A stretch of DNA of 64,000 nucleotides, from contig OZ024741.1 in the NCBI GenBank assembly GCA_964016885.1, forward strand, positions 114,266,001 to 114,330,000, read 5' to 3'. Source of the stretch: Eledone cirrhosa. Taxonomy: Eukaryota. The notes beneath the pieces were generated by a model. The model worked only from the letters and a program-made list of their open reading frames with translations. It had not been told where the DNA came from and did no database searches. This document shows, in pieces, positions 25,001 through 41,283 of this stretch (the stretch's first letter is position 1; the number at the start of each line of letters is the position of its first letter). The position numbers and the translations under genes are program-made.

Positions 25001-27420
25001 ATGGAAAGGCATCATATAGGTATGTCACTTAAAAACATACCTATACCTAACAAAAGGGAATATATTCTTAGTATGATTCAACGCAATAACGACTTCATTC
25101 GGCGTGTACGATGGAAAGCTTTCCATTTCGATAAAGGACGCGCCAGTCACTCGTCTGAATCATATGGTTTTAAATCATGTAAAAACCCACCCACAAACCC
25201 TCATCTCGATGCTTTCGAACAAGATTTTATGAAAACGACGATGAACATTAAGTTCAACAAACATAGAAATAATGAGCTGCAGAGCACTACTCCGAAGATT
25301 GCAAAATACCAATGGAATACCAATGGAATTTTTGTGAAAGCTGACAAGACCTCTAACGTGTATACCATGGATATCGATACGTACAATAACTTCATACGCA
25401 ACGAACTACACAAAAAATATAGAAAAACAAATGAAACTACGCTAGCAAATATTAACAACGAGGGATATAAAGTTGTGAAGAATCTCAAGATAGACGATAG
25501 AACCGAGCCGATTATACCCGCTACCCCCACCTTCAACCTGAAGGACCATAAGGTAAATTTTGACTCTAACCCTAAGATTAGACTTATATGCCCTTCTAAA
25601 TCAGACATAGGAAAAATTAGCAAACATATACTTGACAGAGTAATAACTCAAGTGAAAAAGAAAATTGAAATTAAATTATGGGGCAACACTTGCGAAGCAA
25701 TTCGCTGGTTTAATAACGTTAAGAATAAGAATAAATCTAAGTTTATACAATTTGACATAGACGAATACTACTCTTCCATCTCACCAAGCACTTTACGTAA
25801 GGCCCTATCGTTTTCTAAGGTCAATTCCGACCTAACGGAGGACGAAATTAATATTATTCTCGAGGCTAGAAAAACCATTATTAAGTTTGATAACTGCTAC
25901 TGGGAACGTAAGGACAGACCCACAAATTTCGACATTACCATGGGTTCCAACGACTCAGCGGAGGTCACGGATCTCGTGGGAATTTACATAGCCCACATAT
26001 TACATAGTAAATTTAGTAATCTACAGGGGGGGGGGGGGATATACAGAAATGACGGGCTCTTATTAGTTAATAACTTGAATAACCAAAATCTTGAACGGCT
26101 ACGGAAAAATATTAGAAGATCTTTTAGTGAACTGGGTCTAAAAATAACATACGAATACAATCTTAAAGTAGTAAACTTTCTGGACGTAACTCTTAATTTA
26201 AATACCGGACAGATACGACCCTTCCACAAGATGAATGAGAACCTTACGTATATTAACTTTAACTCAAACCACCCACTCTCCATGATCAAATCAGTTCCCC
26301 GGAGTATTTCTCTTAGAATCTCTCGCCTATCGTCTAACTCTGATATTTTTAGTGAACACGTTGAATACTACAATAATGCATTAAGGAATGCCGACCACCG
26401 GGATACTATAGAATACATTGATAGGAATTTCCATAACACACATAGCTCTACACGAAATCAAGGAATACGTAACCGGGGGACTAAAATACAAGCGCACACA
26501 CACAGTACTACCAGACATACTAATAATTGTTTCTACTTTAGGCACAAGGCCAGCAATTACCCAGTACATTACTGGTACTTTATTTTATCGACCCCGTAAG
26601 GATGAAAGGCCTTAGAAAATCACCACCAAATAAATCACGTTGTAGAAAGTATATCTGGTACAATCCTATTTTTAATGCCTCGATTAGTACAAAACTATCT
26701 CTTTCATTCTTTAAGTTAATCAACAAACATTTCCCTAGTTCCCATAAATACAGCAAAATTCTGAACTCTAAAACTATTAGACTATCATACTCCACGGCAC
26801 CAAACCTTGAATCATACATAAAAAAACTTAACTTAAGGCAATTAAACAACTCTACAAAACAAAACATTTTAGTAACAGATGGGCAGAACGTAATATCTGC
26901 CTCCCAACCACTAAATGGGAGACGGGTCTTACACAATCCACCTGTACCGCTATCACAACCTATCCATGGTATACCCGCTACCCACAACAAAGAATGTAAC
27001 TGCCATCTACCTGAAAGATGTCCATTGAAGAATGAATGCCTAAAGTTCAACATTGTTTACCAATGCACGGTTGAATCGAACGACCAGAAATGGTATTATA
27101 TCGCATCTACCATCACCTCGTTTAAATCTCGCTGGTACCGTCATCGATTCTCAATCAAACATCCTAATCACAGTTTTGTGACCACGCTCGCCAACAAGAC
27201 CTGGCAACTCCGTGAACGCAACCAACAGTTCACCTTAAAATGGGATATACTTTCCAGCGCAAGTGCATATCGGAGTGGATTGAAGTACTGCAGGTTATGT
27301 AACCTTGAACTCTTTTACATATTAAAATCCAAAAACAAACTACTTAACGATAGAATTGAACGATCATTATACTGCAACCACAAACTAAAAGCTAAATTCT
27401 CTCACTATAAAATAACTTAA
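25001..27420 (+). pseudogene. PLE RT + GIY-YIG ORF split by a SINE fragment; catalytic motif reads YRND
   Basis: ORFs of 532 aa and 272 aa; SLKNIPIP, KADKT, FDIDEYYSSI, FDITMGS, CNCHLPERCPLKNEC, IVYQC..YIAST, CRLC. Confidence 0.92.
26520..26610 (-). mobile_element. 5'-truncated Meta-domain SINE interrupting the PLE 2 ORF
   Basis: TAATAATTGTTTCTACTTTAGGCACAAGGCCAGC..GGATGAAAGGC. Confidence 0.9.
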
Positions 27421-28214
27421 CATTCGAACCCGTAACTATAACATCGCTTTCTAGCTAACCACTTTCTCTTCCCCCACACTATAAGACAATACACTGCTTA
27501 TCACTATAAATGGTAACTCAGTGCAATTCGTAGATTACTACTACAAACCCAAAGTTCACTCATCACATAAACTTTGTCTGTCCCCTCTCTACCTCTCTCT
27601 CTACATCCATTACACTCTCTCTCTCTCGCCTTTGGCCTACCTCCCTCTCCACATATATGAACCTGCTCTCTGGGGCAATAAATAATTCAAACCTTAACTA
27701 TCAACGCATCTCTCCAAAAGTAAACAGTATAATAAAACCCCTACCATAACATTTTGATTAAGATATCTACAAACCACTCTCTCCTACTTCTCCAACCCCT
27801 GCATATCTTTCTCTCTCTCTCCCTCTCCCATACTTTTCTCTCTTCCTTTTCTACTCTATCTTCCCCAACAACCCCACTTAAGGGTATTTACATTGTACAT
27901 TTTACCATTCTGCTCTGAGGATACAGTGGTCACAGCATTGGATATTTGAGTTCTACGAATACTTGTAAATTTGCACATAGCATAACTAGGCTGTAGTACC
28001 ACCGTGGAAACATTTGTAAGCACACGGAATAAATTACCTTTTTATGATGTCTACCTGTTATTATTCATTCTTTATATACACTCCGGAATACAGAAGGATC
28101 AGGAACTAAGTTTCTTCAACAATTCTTCCATAACTCGTAGAGTAATCTCTCACCGTACGTCAACCATATCCAGTGTAGTAATTAACCATTACTACATCTT
28201 GGATAATCCTATAC

Positions 28215-28290
<76 letters not shown>

Positions 28291-28296
<6 letters not shown>

Positions 28297-29960
28297 TATT
28301 GAAGTTTGCTTGAAGCATTGTGGAATAATAAATATCTTTAAGTCGTTTAGAAGCCTCGACAATGCAAATGGGTAAATCTCCGGGTAACAAGATCCGGTGG
28401 TGGAGAGAGAGATGTAAGTGGGTGTACGTTGAGATGCGTGGCGTGTAAAGATGTGTAAATGTGTAGAAGAAAGAAGGGAAGAGTATAAAGGATAAAATAA
28501 AAATAACAACATAAGAGAGAGTTACCTTGGGAGAGATTTAATAGTCCCTATATATTTCGGAACACATCCATCAACCGGGGTTTTTTTCCGGGGTAAAGGT
28601 TGTCTGTCGGACAGGTGCGAAACGCGTCCTCCGCTGTTTGTTGTTTTGAATATCTGAGGTATTCGGCAGAGCGCGCGTGCGCGTGAAATGGGGTCGGTCG
28701 GGCAGAGGTCAGCGGCCGAATGAGGGAGTGGGGTGGCGCTAGCTGTCAGTCCATTCTCTGCTTATTTGTTAAATGTTACTGTGTGTGTGTGTGCGTGTGT
28801 TGTTGTCTCGCTTGAGTGTGTGTGTGTGCGCGTGTGTAGTTGCCTTGTTCCTCTGTATTGGCAGTGTAGTATGTTCGTATGGTGGAATGCTACTGTGTGT
28901 GTGTGTGTGTGTAATTGTCTCGTTTGTATGTGCGTGTGTTGTGTGTTGCTACATCGTTTGTTAACTTAAACCAGCCATCTCATTTCGCTTCTCTCTAATC
29001 GGTTGTTTATTTTCGGTTGCAGGCGTTTGATAAAAAGTGCTTCCTTGATACGTAACGTGCCGACGTTTCTTTCAGTCGATAGAATTGTGACAATAGGCCT
29101 TCCGTCTTTGTTTCCGCATTTGTCTATGTGTTTCCGGAAAGACGAGGCCCTGGTTTTAGTCTTTCCGGAAACACATAGACAAATGCGGAAGGCCCATTGT
29201 CACAATTCTAGCGACTGAAAGAAACGTCGGCACGTTACGTATCAAGGAAGCACTTTTTATCAAACGCCTGCAACCGAAAATAAACAACCGATTAGAGAGA
29301 AGCGAAATGAGATGGCTGGTTTAAGTTAACAAACCATGTAGCAACACACAACACACGCACACACAAACGAGACAACTACACACACACACACACACACAGT
29401 AGCATTCCACCATACGAACATACTACACTGCCAATACAGAGGAACAAGGCAACTACACACGCGCGCACACACACACTCAAGCGAGACAACAACACACGCA
29501 CACACACACACAGTAACATTTAACAAACAAGCAGAGAATGGACTGACAGCTAGCGCCACCCCACTCCCTCATTCGGCCGCTGACCTCTGCCCGACCGACC
29601 CCATTTCACGCGCACGCGCGCTCTGCCGAATACCTCAGATATTCAAAACAACAAACAGCGGAGGACGCATTTCGCACCTGTCCGACAGACAACCTTTACC
29701 CCGGAAAAAAACCCCCAGTTGATGGATGTGAATCTGAAATATATAGGGACTATTAAATCTCTCCCAAGGTAACTCTCTCTTGTGTTGTTATTTTTATTTT
29801 ATCCTTTATACTCTTCCCTTCTTTCTTCTACACATTTAGACATCTTTACACACCACGCATCTCAACGTACACCCACTTACATCTCTCTCCCCACCACCGG
29901 ATCTTGTTACCCGGAGATTTACCTATTTGCATTGTTGAGGCTTCCAAACGACTTAAAGAT
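28291..29960. mobile_element. Palindromic 5'-truncated PLE: two ~810-bp inverted arms, 15-bp spacer
   Basis: 28333-29143 pairs with 29159-29960; arms encode a GIY-YIG C-terminus (HIDKC..LRIKEALFIKRLQPKIN). Confidence 0.85.
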
Positions 29961-30014
29961 AATTATTTATATATTATTATTATTATTATTATTATATTAT
30001 TATATATATATATA

Positions 30015-30088
30015 GCGGTGGATTGGCAGTATCGGTAGAGAGTTGGACGCCATGCTTTCCAGCATAGTTACGTCCCTTTAAGATCTGA
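30015..30088 (+). mobile_element. SINE 5' head fragment cut at the B-box
   Basis: GCGGTGGATTGGCAGTATCGGTAGAG..GATCTGA, then PLE sequence. Confidence 0.8.
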
Positions 30089-33000
30089 CCGACATCTCAT
30101 TAACAGATGAATTCAACAACAGCAACACAAATATATACGGCAACACTACAGTCGACTCTGATGAATTATCGATATTACAGCTACCACCTAAATATGCCAC
30201 ATATAATAAGATAAATATGATAAAATGCTTGTCAGAAATAGATAAAATCATTTACAAAATTACGTTGGAGCCTCAAAAACAAAAACAAAAACAAAAGTAA
30301 CAACATACGCACACACATACAACACACATCCCAACAACAACAGACACACAGACACAAACAACGATAACAACAACACACACATCAACAATAATAATATACT
30401 CAGAAACAACAACAACAGACACACAGACACAAACAAGAATAACAGCACACACAACAATAATAAAATACACGGAGACAACAACAACAACACACATCAACAA
30501 CAGCACACATCAACTACAACAAAAACAACACACACATTCTATGCCTCTCACCACCACCACAATCTTAATAAACACACAGACACAGAAAACAGGTAATGAC
30601 AGTAACACAGAAATAAGGGAAGGTAATAGGATTGAAAGGAGAAGGGAGACTATCGATACTGACAGAGAAAATAACCAGGACGAACACACAGACATACAAA
30701 ATAGAGTAGATAATAACAATGAGCCAGAGGAAAGAGACAGGAGTAATAATAAGAGACATAGAAACAACCATGAGGCTGTTGGTGGAAATAGAAACAACAC
30801 AACTAACAATAACAATAACAATAGTACACATAAAGCAGCAGCCTGGAACTCTACTTTTTATAATCGTTCCGATATGTCCTTCGACCTACGACGAGTACAC
30901 GCCACGACTTTAGCTTTTAACAAACGCACGCAATTGCCGTCGGTTGACAGTCTGTCAAACTACATCCAGGCAATGCAACCCCACACCACTAACACAAGAG
31001 AAGTAACTCTACAGGAGCATGAGGATAGGGAAAAAACCCTCAATGCCAATATGATGATGTGGACAAACATAATGCAGCCCAACAAAAGGACTGCCAATAA
31101 CTTCCAGGCCTGGAACAATGACGTGCCAGCGTTGTATGGGTTTCGAAAAGACCATAAAACGAGCAGTGACCCTGTCACAGGACCACCAACACGGCCAGTC
31201 TGTGGAGCTAATATTGATAGTAACTACAGACTTTCCTACATCCTCTCCCTGATCATACGTCCCATCACTGAAATGTCCCCAGATATATGTGACAGCACGG
31301 AGGACCTCCTCAGCAGAATCAGCGAAAGTAACCGATCTAGGGACCTAACAAACTGCATAATAGGTAGTATGGATGGTGTGTCCCGATATCCATCTATTGA
31401 CGTGGATTTTGCTGTGGAGAAATGCGTAGAAATGATCAGTGAGCGCAATGTTGAATTCGTGGGATAGATACCAGTGAGCTGGGACTCCTAGTTAAACTTA
31501 CCTATAGTAATGATTATCTAGATACATATGACCTTAGCAACCTGTGCCCTACAAGACCATCAAGAGGCAGACTACCTACCATTACCTCAATGGCCAAGAA
31601 AACCCACACAGATAGATGGAACCGTTGGACCAGAGCCATACGGATCCCCGAAAACCACGATGAACTAAACAAAATGATTGCACATGCGATGGGGACCAGT
31701 ATAAAATTAACCCTTAAGGAACATATGTTCAAATTTAATGGAAAAACATATGCCCAAGAGGAGGGAACAGCCATTGGTGTTAGCATTGCAGGTGACAGCT
31801 AACCTATTCATGGTATGGTGGGACAATAGATTTAAACTTAAACTTAAAGAACAATTAGAAGACAGCAACCTCTTAACCCTGATAATGTACTCCCGCTACG
31901 TTGAGGATATAAACATTGTAGTAAAAACACCCCCACTAGAGAACAGTCAGGAATTAGAGAAAAACACCATGGAAAGCATCCAGCAAATAGCTAACTCCAT
32001 CCACCAGAGTATTAGAGTTACTATAGACTACCCATACTACTAGAGAGACATATACAACACTTCATCCACCGTATGCAGTTCTCTGGTTACAATCAGAGAG
32101 ATCAAATCAGAGTATATAGAGGTGCCAGAACCAAATGGGAAAAAATGGTAAATAATGATACAAATGGGACCTGCCCCTTGTATAGGAGCACATTTTGGAA
32201 TAGAATAGAAAGAACTAGGAATAAGGCTAATAGAATAAACTCATGGTATGATAGCAATAAATACCAGAGTGTAATGTTCATCAATACAACCCCTAGAGGT
32301 AAATTAGCTTACAAATTTAGAAGGGCCCTAGATAAACATAAATTCAATATTAAGATTGTATAAAGACCAGGTACCTCCATAAAAACACTTATTACAATAC
32401 ATACCCTTTTCAAAGACCTTCCTGTATAGATAAGAAATGTATAATCTGTAAACTAAGCCCCATATTAACTGTAAAACAAGAAATGTAGTATATAGCATAA
32501 GATGTACTGAATGACAATGTAGAGATAAGAATATAGTGTACACAGGTGAGACAGCTCGTAGTATAGGAGAACGGATAAATGAACACTGGCGAGAGCTTCA
32601 AGATAGTAAAGAATCATTTGTACTCCACCAACATGCTAAAATAGAACGTAAGGGTAAATTAGAGAACATAGAAATAAAAATAGAATCTACACACAGAAAA
32701 GACGCAATGTTTAGACAAATCACAGAGGCAATAAACGTAAATGAACTTCAACCAAAATTAAATAGAAAACATGAATGGAATAGCAACATGACAATTTACA
32801 ATTAAGGACAAAATGAAAACACACACACATAGAACAAACAACCAACCAGTAACATGTAAATAAACAAATAAATAAACAAATATAAACACACACAGATACC
32901 CGGAAGTAACACATGCGCAAACTAAGCACACAACACACACAAAAACAAGATGGGGTAGGACAGAACAAACGAGAGGCACAAAAACAAAGAAAAGAATCCA

Positions 33001-33175
33001 CAGTCACTGAAGAACCAACCAACCAACCAACCGGAAATTTATAATAAATTGAAGTGAAAGCAACTGGTGCGTGTGTTTCTTATTGGCAACATGACCCTCC
33101 CAAAGTATAACAATATCGGTTTCAACACACGTTTTCAGATAAAGAATCTTGCTAAACAAATTCAGAAACGAAATA
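30089..33175 (+). mobile_element. PLE family B copy 1 (RT + C-terminal GIY-YIG), degenerate, with internal deletions
   Basis: ELSILQLPPKY, YGFRKDHK, RPVCGA, D..S.YPSI, QEEGTAIG, SRYVED, YTGETARSIGERINEH; 3' end shared with copies at 41-43 kb and 48-51 kb. Confidence 0.88.
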
Positions 33176-33228
33176 TATATATATACATCACGATAAATTA
33201 ACGGAGCCATAGACTACTTCGTACATTG

Positions 33229-33757
<529 letters not shown>

Positions 33758-33758
33758 T

Positions 33759-37151
<3,393 letters not shown>

Positions 37152-37159
37152 TATGTATG

Positions 37160-37204
<45 letters not shown>

Positions 37205-37205
<1 letters not shown>

Positions 37206-40200
37206 GGAGGTGAGTTTTATTGTAGTACAATAAAGTAATGCAGATATCGGAAAAGAAGCACTCTACAGTTTGTAGGACTGGAGTATACATAATATATAAG
37301 ATCAAAAGATGGTTAAAAGAGTTCCATGTATTTTATTATGCGCATTTCAAAAACAAATATCATCATGCAATGACATTTGTGTTTTCATCAGATAAAATAG
37401 GAAGACATGATATGAAGGTTAAAAAACACTTGTGGATAGTGCAGTTTTAAATCAACATATGAAAAGTAGTTTTAGATTGATGTGTGGTGATATTGGGGAA
37501 AAAAAAAAAATTGAGGGGGGTTGGGGTTGGAAAGGATGAAAAAGAGGAGGAGATGAGAGTAAAAAGTGGAGGGGGAGGAGTATAATGAGGAAGGATGAGA
37601 TAGGAGGAGAGATGGGTGATAGAGAGAGCGATAGCTTTTATAACTGAGAAAAATATATTGTTTTACATAGAGAGGTTGAAAAACCGTTGGAAGATAATGT
37701 ATAAATTAAAAGAATTTGAAAGTTAACGAAGAGAAAAATAATGTAAAGTTAAGGTTTGTATATTGAAGGGTTTAATAATATGTGCGATGAAAAGGAATTG
37801 TTAATATGTATTAAGAATAATATTTAAGGGTTTAATAATATGTGCGATGGAAAGAAAATGTTAATATGTATTAAGAATAATATTTAAGGATTTAATAATA
37901 TGTGCGATTGAAAGAAAATGTTGATATGTATTATTAAAAATAGCAAAGTAATGTAAGTAAGGATATATTGTGAAAAAAGTAGAAGATAGGATGAAATAGA
38001 TGAGCATGAAAGTGAGAAAAAAATAATGAATTGAGGATGAATAATCTAACGTCAAAAAAATGTTTGTTTACGAAGTATTTTTTCAAGGTGATATGAAGTA
38101 AGAATATATTGTATTGTGTAATAATTGTTCCTATGTTAGGCACAGTGAGAAAAAGTTACAGATTAGGGGTTAGAAAGAAAAAGAAAAAGAAAAGAAAAGG
38201 AAAAGGAAGAAAGGGAAGTGATAAATAGGAGTGATATAGAATGAGTAACAAGTATTATATAATGTATAATAAATAACTTTGAAATAAGGTAGAAAGATGG
38301 GTATATTTTTAAAGAAGTATATATATATATATATGTGCCTTTGAGAAAAGGATTCTAAATTGATAAAGTATTGGATATTAGCTGTATACTTTATGGAATG
38401 TTCTGTGGAATTTATGCAAGCAGAGAGAAAACAAGTCAGTGCGTCTATTTATTATAGAATCTAAATTAGATATAATGGTAAATTTTTCATTTAGACAGAG
38501 ATTGCAAGTCTTGGATAGAGAACTGTTCAAGTATGGAGAAGCAGAAGAAACCTTTTTCCAAGTGATGTTATATTTAATATTTTTGTCTTTCAAGGACCAT
38601 ATGAGTTCTGAGAGAGCCGTATTGGTTCTTTTAAGTTGGTATTTAAAAGACGAATGATGATTAAAGACGAGCTTTAAAGGAGGTGGAAGTGGAGCCAAAA
38701 TAGGTGAAGGAATTGGTGTCAGTTATAACTTTACATTCGTAGATTAAGTTTTTATCAAGACAATGGTTGTTGAGAGGACATTTATTTTTAATAGGGCAAT
38801 TGCAATTGCGATTAGAGAGATTATTAACGAGTGACCTAGTGTTATCTATAGAAGGAATTGGATTGGAGAAGTTATTTGCGATAGGAATAATAGTTTCTTG
38901 ATTTAGAATGGGATTAAGAACATTTAGCGAAGTTGTGTTTGACGTTGTATTTGGGTTTGCAGAAATTAGCCTAGAGTTTACAATGACGTCGGGAGTACTA
39001 TTACTATTATTATGATATTCAGTGTTGGAAGGAAGAGATTTAGTATTTAGTATTTTATTGTTGTGTTTAGAGATAATGTTGGAAATGTTGGAGGATGTCG
39101 AATAGGAACATTTTATAGTGTGTTTGTTAAATATTTTACTATAGAGGGAGGGAAGCATTTATTTAAGGCACTAAAGAATAATTTAGGAATATTATTATTA
39201 ATAGAGATGGAGAAAGGAGCATTATACCAGATTATGTTTTTGTATCTAGGTCTTTTATTAAAGTTATTGGAATGATCATGATCAATTATTCTACTGTAAG
39301 ATCTTCTAGAATTTGTTTCTTTACTATATTTGATTTTATCAGCATAGCCGGCTTTAGAAAGCGCGTTATTATAGTAATTGGCGTTAGCATCAAAGATGTT
39401 TTTATTAAAAGATAGGTTAGATATTCTTTTTCCAATATTACTAACTATAGCATTCTTAATATTGTTATTTATTATACATTATATAATACTTGTTACTCAT
39501 TCTATATCACTCCTATTTATCACTTCCCTTTCTTCCTTTTCCTTTTCTTTTCTTTTTCTTTTAATTTCTAACCCCTAATCTGTACCTTTTTCTCACTGTG
39601 CCTAACATAGAAACAATTATTACACAATACAATATATTCTTACTTCATATCACCTTGAAAAATCCTTCGTAAACATAAACATTTTTTTGACGTTAGATTA
39701 TTCATCCTCAATTCATTATTTTTTTTCTCACTTTCATGCTCATCTATTTCATCCTATCTTCTACTTTTTTCACAATATATCCTTACTTACATTACCTTTG
39801 CTATTTTTAATAATACATATCAACATTTTCTTTCCATCGCACATATTATTAAATCCTTAAATATTATTCTTAATACATATTAACATTTTCTTTCCATCGC
39901 ACATATTATTAAACCCTTAAAAATTATTCTTAATACATATTAACAATTTCTTTTCATCGCACATATTATTAAACCCTTCAATATACAAACCTTAACTTTA
40001 CATTATTTTTCTCTTCGTTAATTTTCAAATTCTTTTAATTTATACATTATCTTCCAACGGTTTTTCAACCTCTCTATGTAAAACAATATATTTTTCTCAG
40101 TTATAAAAGCTATCGCTCTCTCTCTATCATCCATCTCTCCTCCTATCTCATCCTTCCTCATTATACTCCTCCCCCTCCACTTTTTACTCTCAGCTCCTCC

Positions 40201-40431
40201 TCTTTTTCATCCACCTCAACTTCTTTTCTTTTTTTTCCCCAATATCACACATCAATCTAAAACTACTTTTCATATGTTGATTTAAAACTGCACTATCCAC
40301 AAGTGTTTTTTAACCTTCATATCATGTCTTCCTATTTTATCTGATGAGAACACAATTGTTATTGCATGATGATATTTGTTTTTGAAATGCGCATAATAAA
40401 ATACATGTAACTCTTTAAACCATCTTTTGAT

Positions 40432-40435
<4 letters not shown>
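37205..40435 (-). mobile_element. Hydra-clade-like PLE 3: 5'-truncated, with ~970-bp inverted pLTR
   Basis: Minus ORF remnants 38378-39450 (CNCPIKNKCPLNNHC, LIYEC..YFGST, CNLC); ~39466-40435 pairs with ~37297-38278; 3 x 60-bp tandem in pLTR; (TA)n on both sides. Confidence 0.88.
40333..40403 (+). ncRNA. Type I hammerhead ribozyme (minus-strand copy 37329-37399)
   Basis: TATTTTAT-CTGATGA-GAACACAA..TTTGTTTTT-GAAA-TGCGCA-TA|ATAAAATA. Confidence 0.82.
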
Positions 40436-40500
<65 letters not shown>

Positions 40501-40504
<4 letters not shown>

Positions 40505-41005
40505 CATTCTCGATAAAAGCACTGGATATGTAGTCCTGATGATTTCTAACGAGAATGAAACGCGTAGATTACTTCCCTTGCTTTTATCGAGAATCTAATT
40601 GTAATACGTGACGTATTCTATTCTATAGCGATTAGGTCTTCAAAATGTTTATTATAAACATACAGAATATTTTCGAATATTCTATGTCTATATTCACATA
40701 TATATCGCTATTTCAGAGCATTTATTCCAATTTCTAATTTCTGCCGGACCGGCAACCGCTCTTTCAAACCAGTTCCTGTACACAGCTAAGTATTCTATAA
40801 GTCTCTAGCTGTGTCATTCTCGATAAAAGCACTGGATATGTAGTCCTGATGATTTCTAACGAGAATGAAACGCGTAGATTACTTCCCTTGCTTTTATCGA
40901 GAATCTAATTGTAATACGTGACGTATTCTATTCTATAGCGATTAGGTCTTCAAAATGTTTATTATAAACATACAGAATATTTTCGAATATTCTATGTCTA
41001 TATTC

Positions 41006-41006
<1 letters not shown>
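40501..41006 (+). mobile_element. Non-coding 310-bp tandem unit (1.6 copies) with two HHRs: retrozyme-like element in (TA)n
   Basis: 40501-40696 identical to 40811-41006; no ORF. Confidence 0.8.
40506..40594 (+). ncRNA. Type I hammerhead ribozyme with extended stem I (identical copy 40816-40904)
   Basis: ATTCTCGATAAAAGCA..GTAGTC-CTGATGA-T-TTCT-AACG-AGAA-T-GAAA-CGCG-TA|GATTAC..TGCTTTTATCGAGAAT. Confidence 0.85.
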
Positions 41007-41042
<36 letters not shown>

Positions 41043-41248
41043 CACATTTTAGTACAGCATTAACGAAGCTTTAGTTTGCGGACAAGCTAACGAATGCAAA
41101 TTCGGTATGTAGCTTTAGTACTCAAATGGGAATAGTACCCCAGAGTAATAACAATACGTTCAGACAGCTTAGCAAATCAAATATAGCGATCGGCAATCCA
41201 GCCGGATTACCACAGCAACGAAAATACAGGACTCAGGAAAAGATTTTT

Positions 41249-41280
<32 letters not shown>

Positions 41281-41283
<3 letters not shown>

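Noticed and set aside
37768-37935. 60-bp periodic repeats resembling an array
   Set aside because: Plain tandem repeat in a pLTR with no unique spacers; eukaryotic context, not CRISPR
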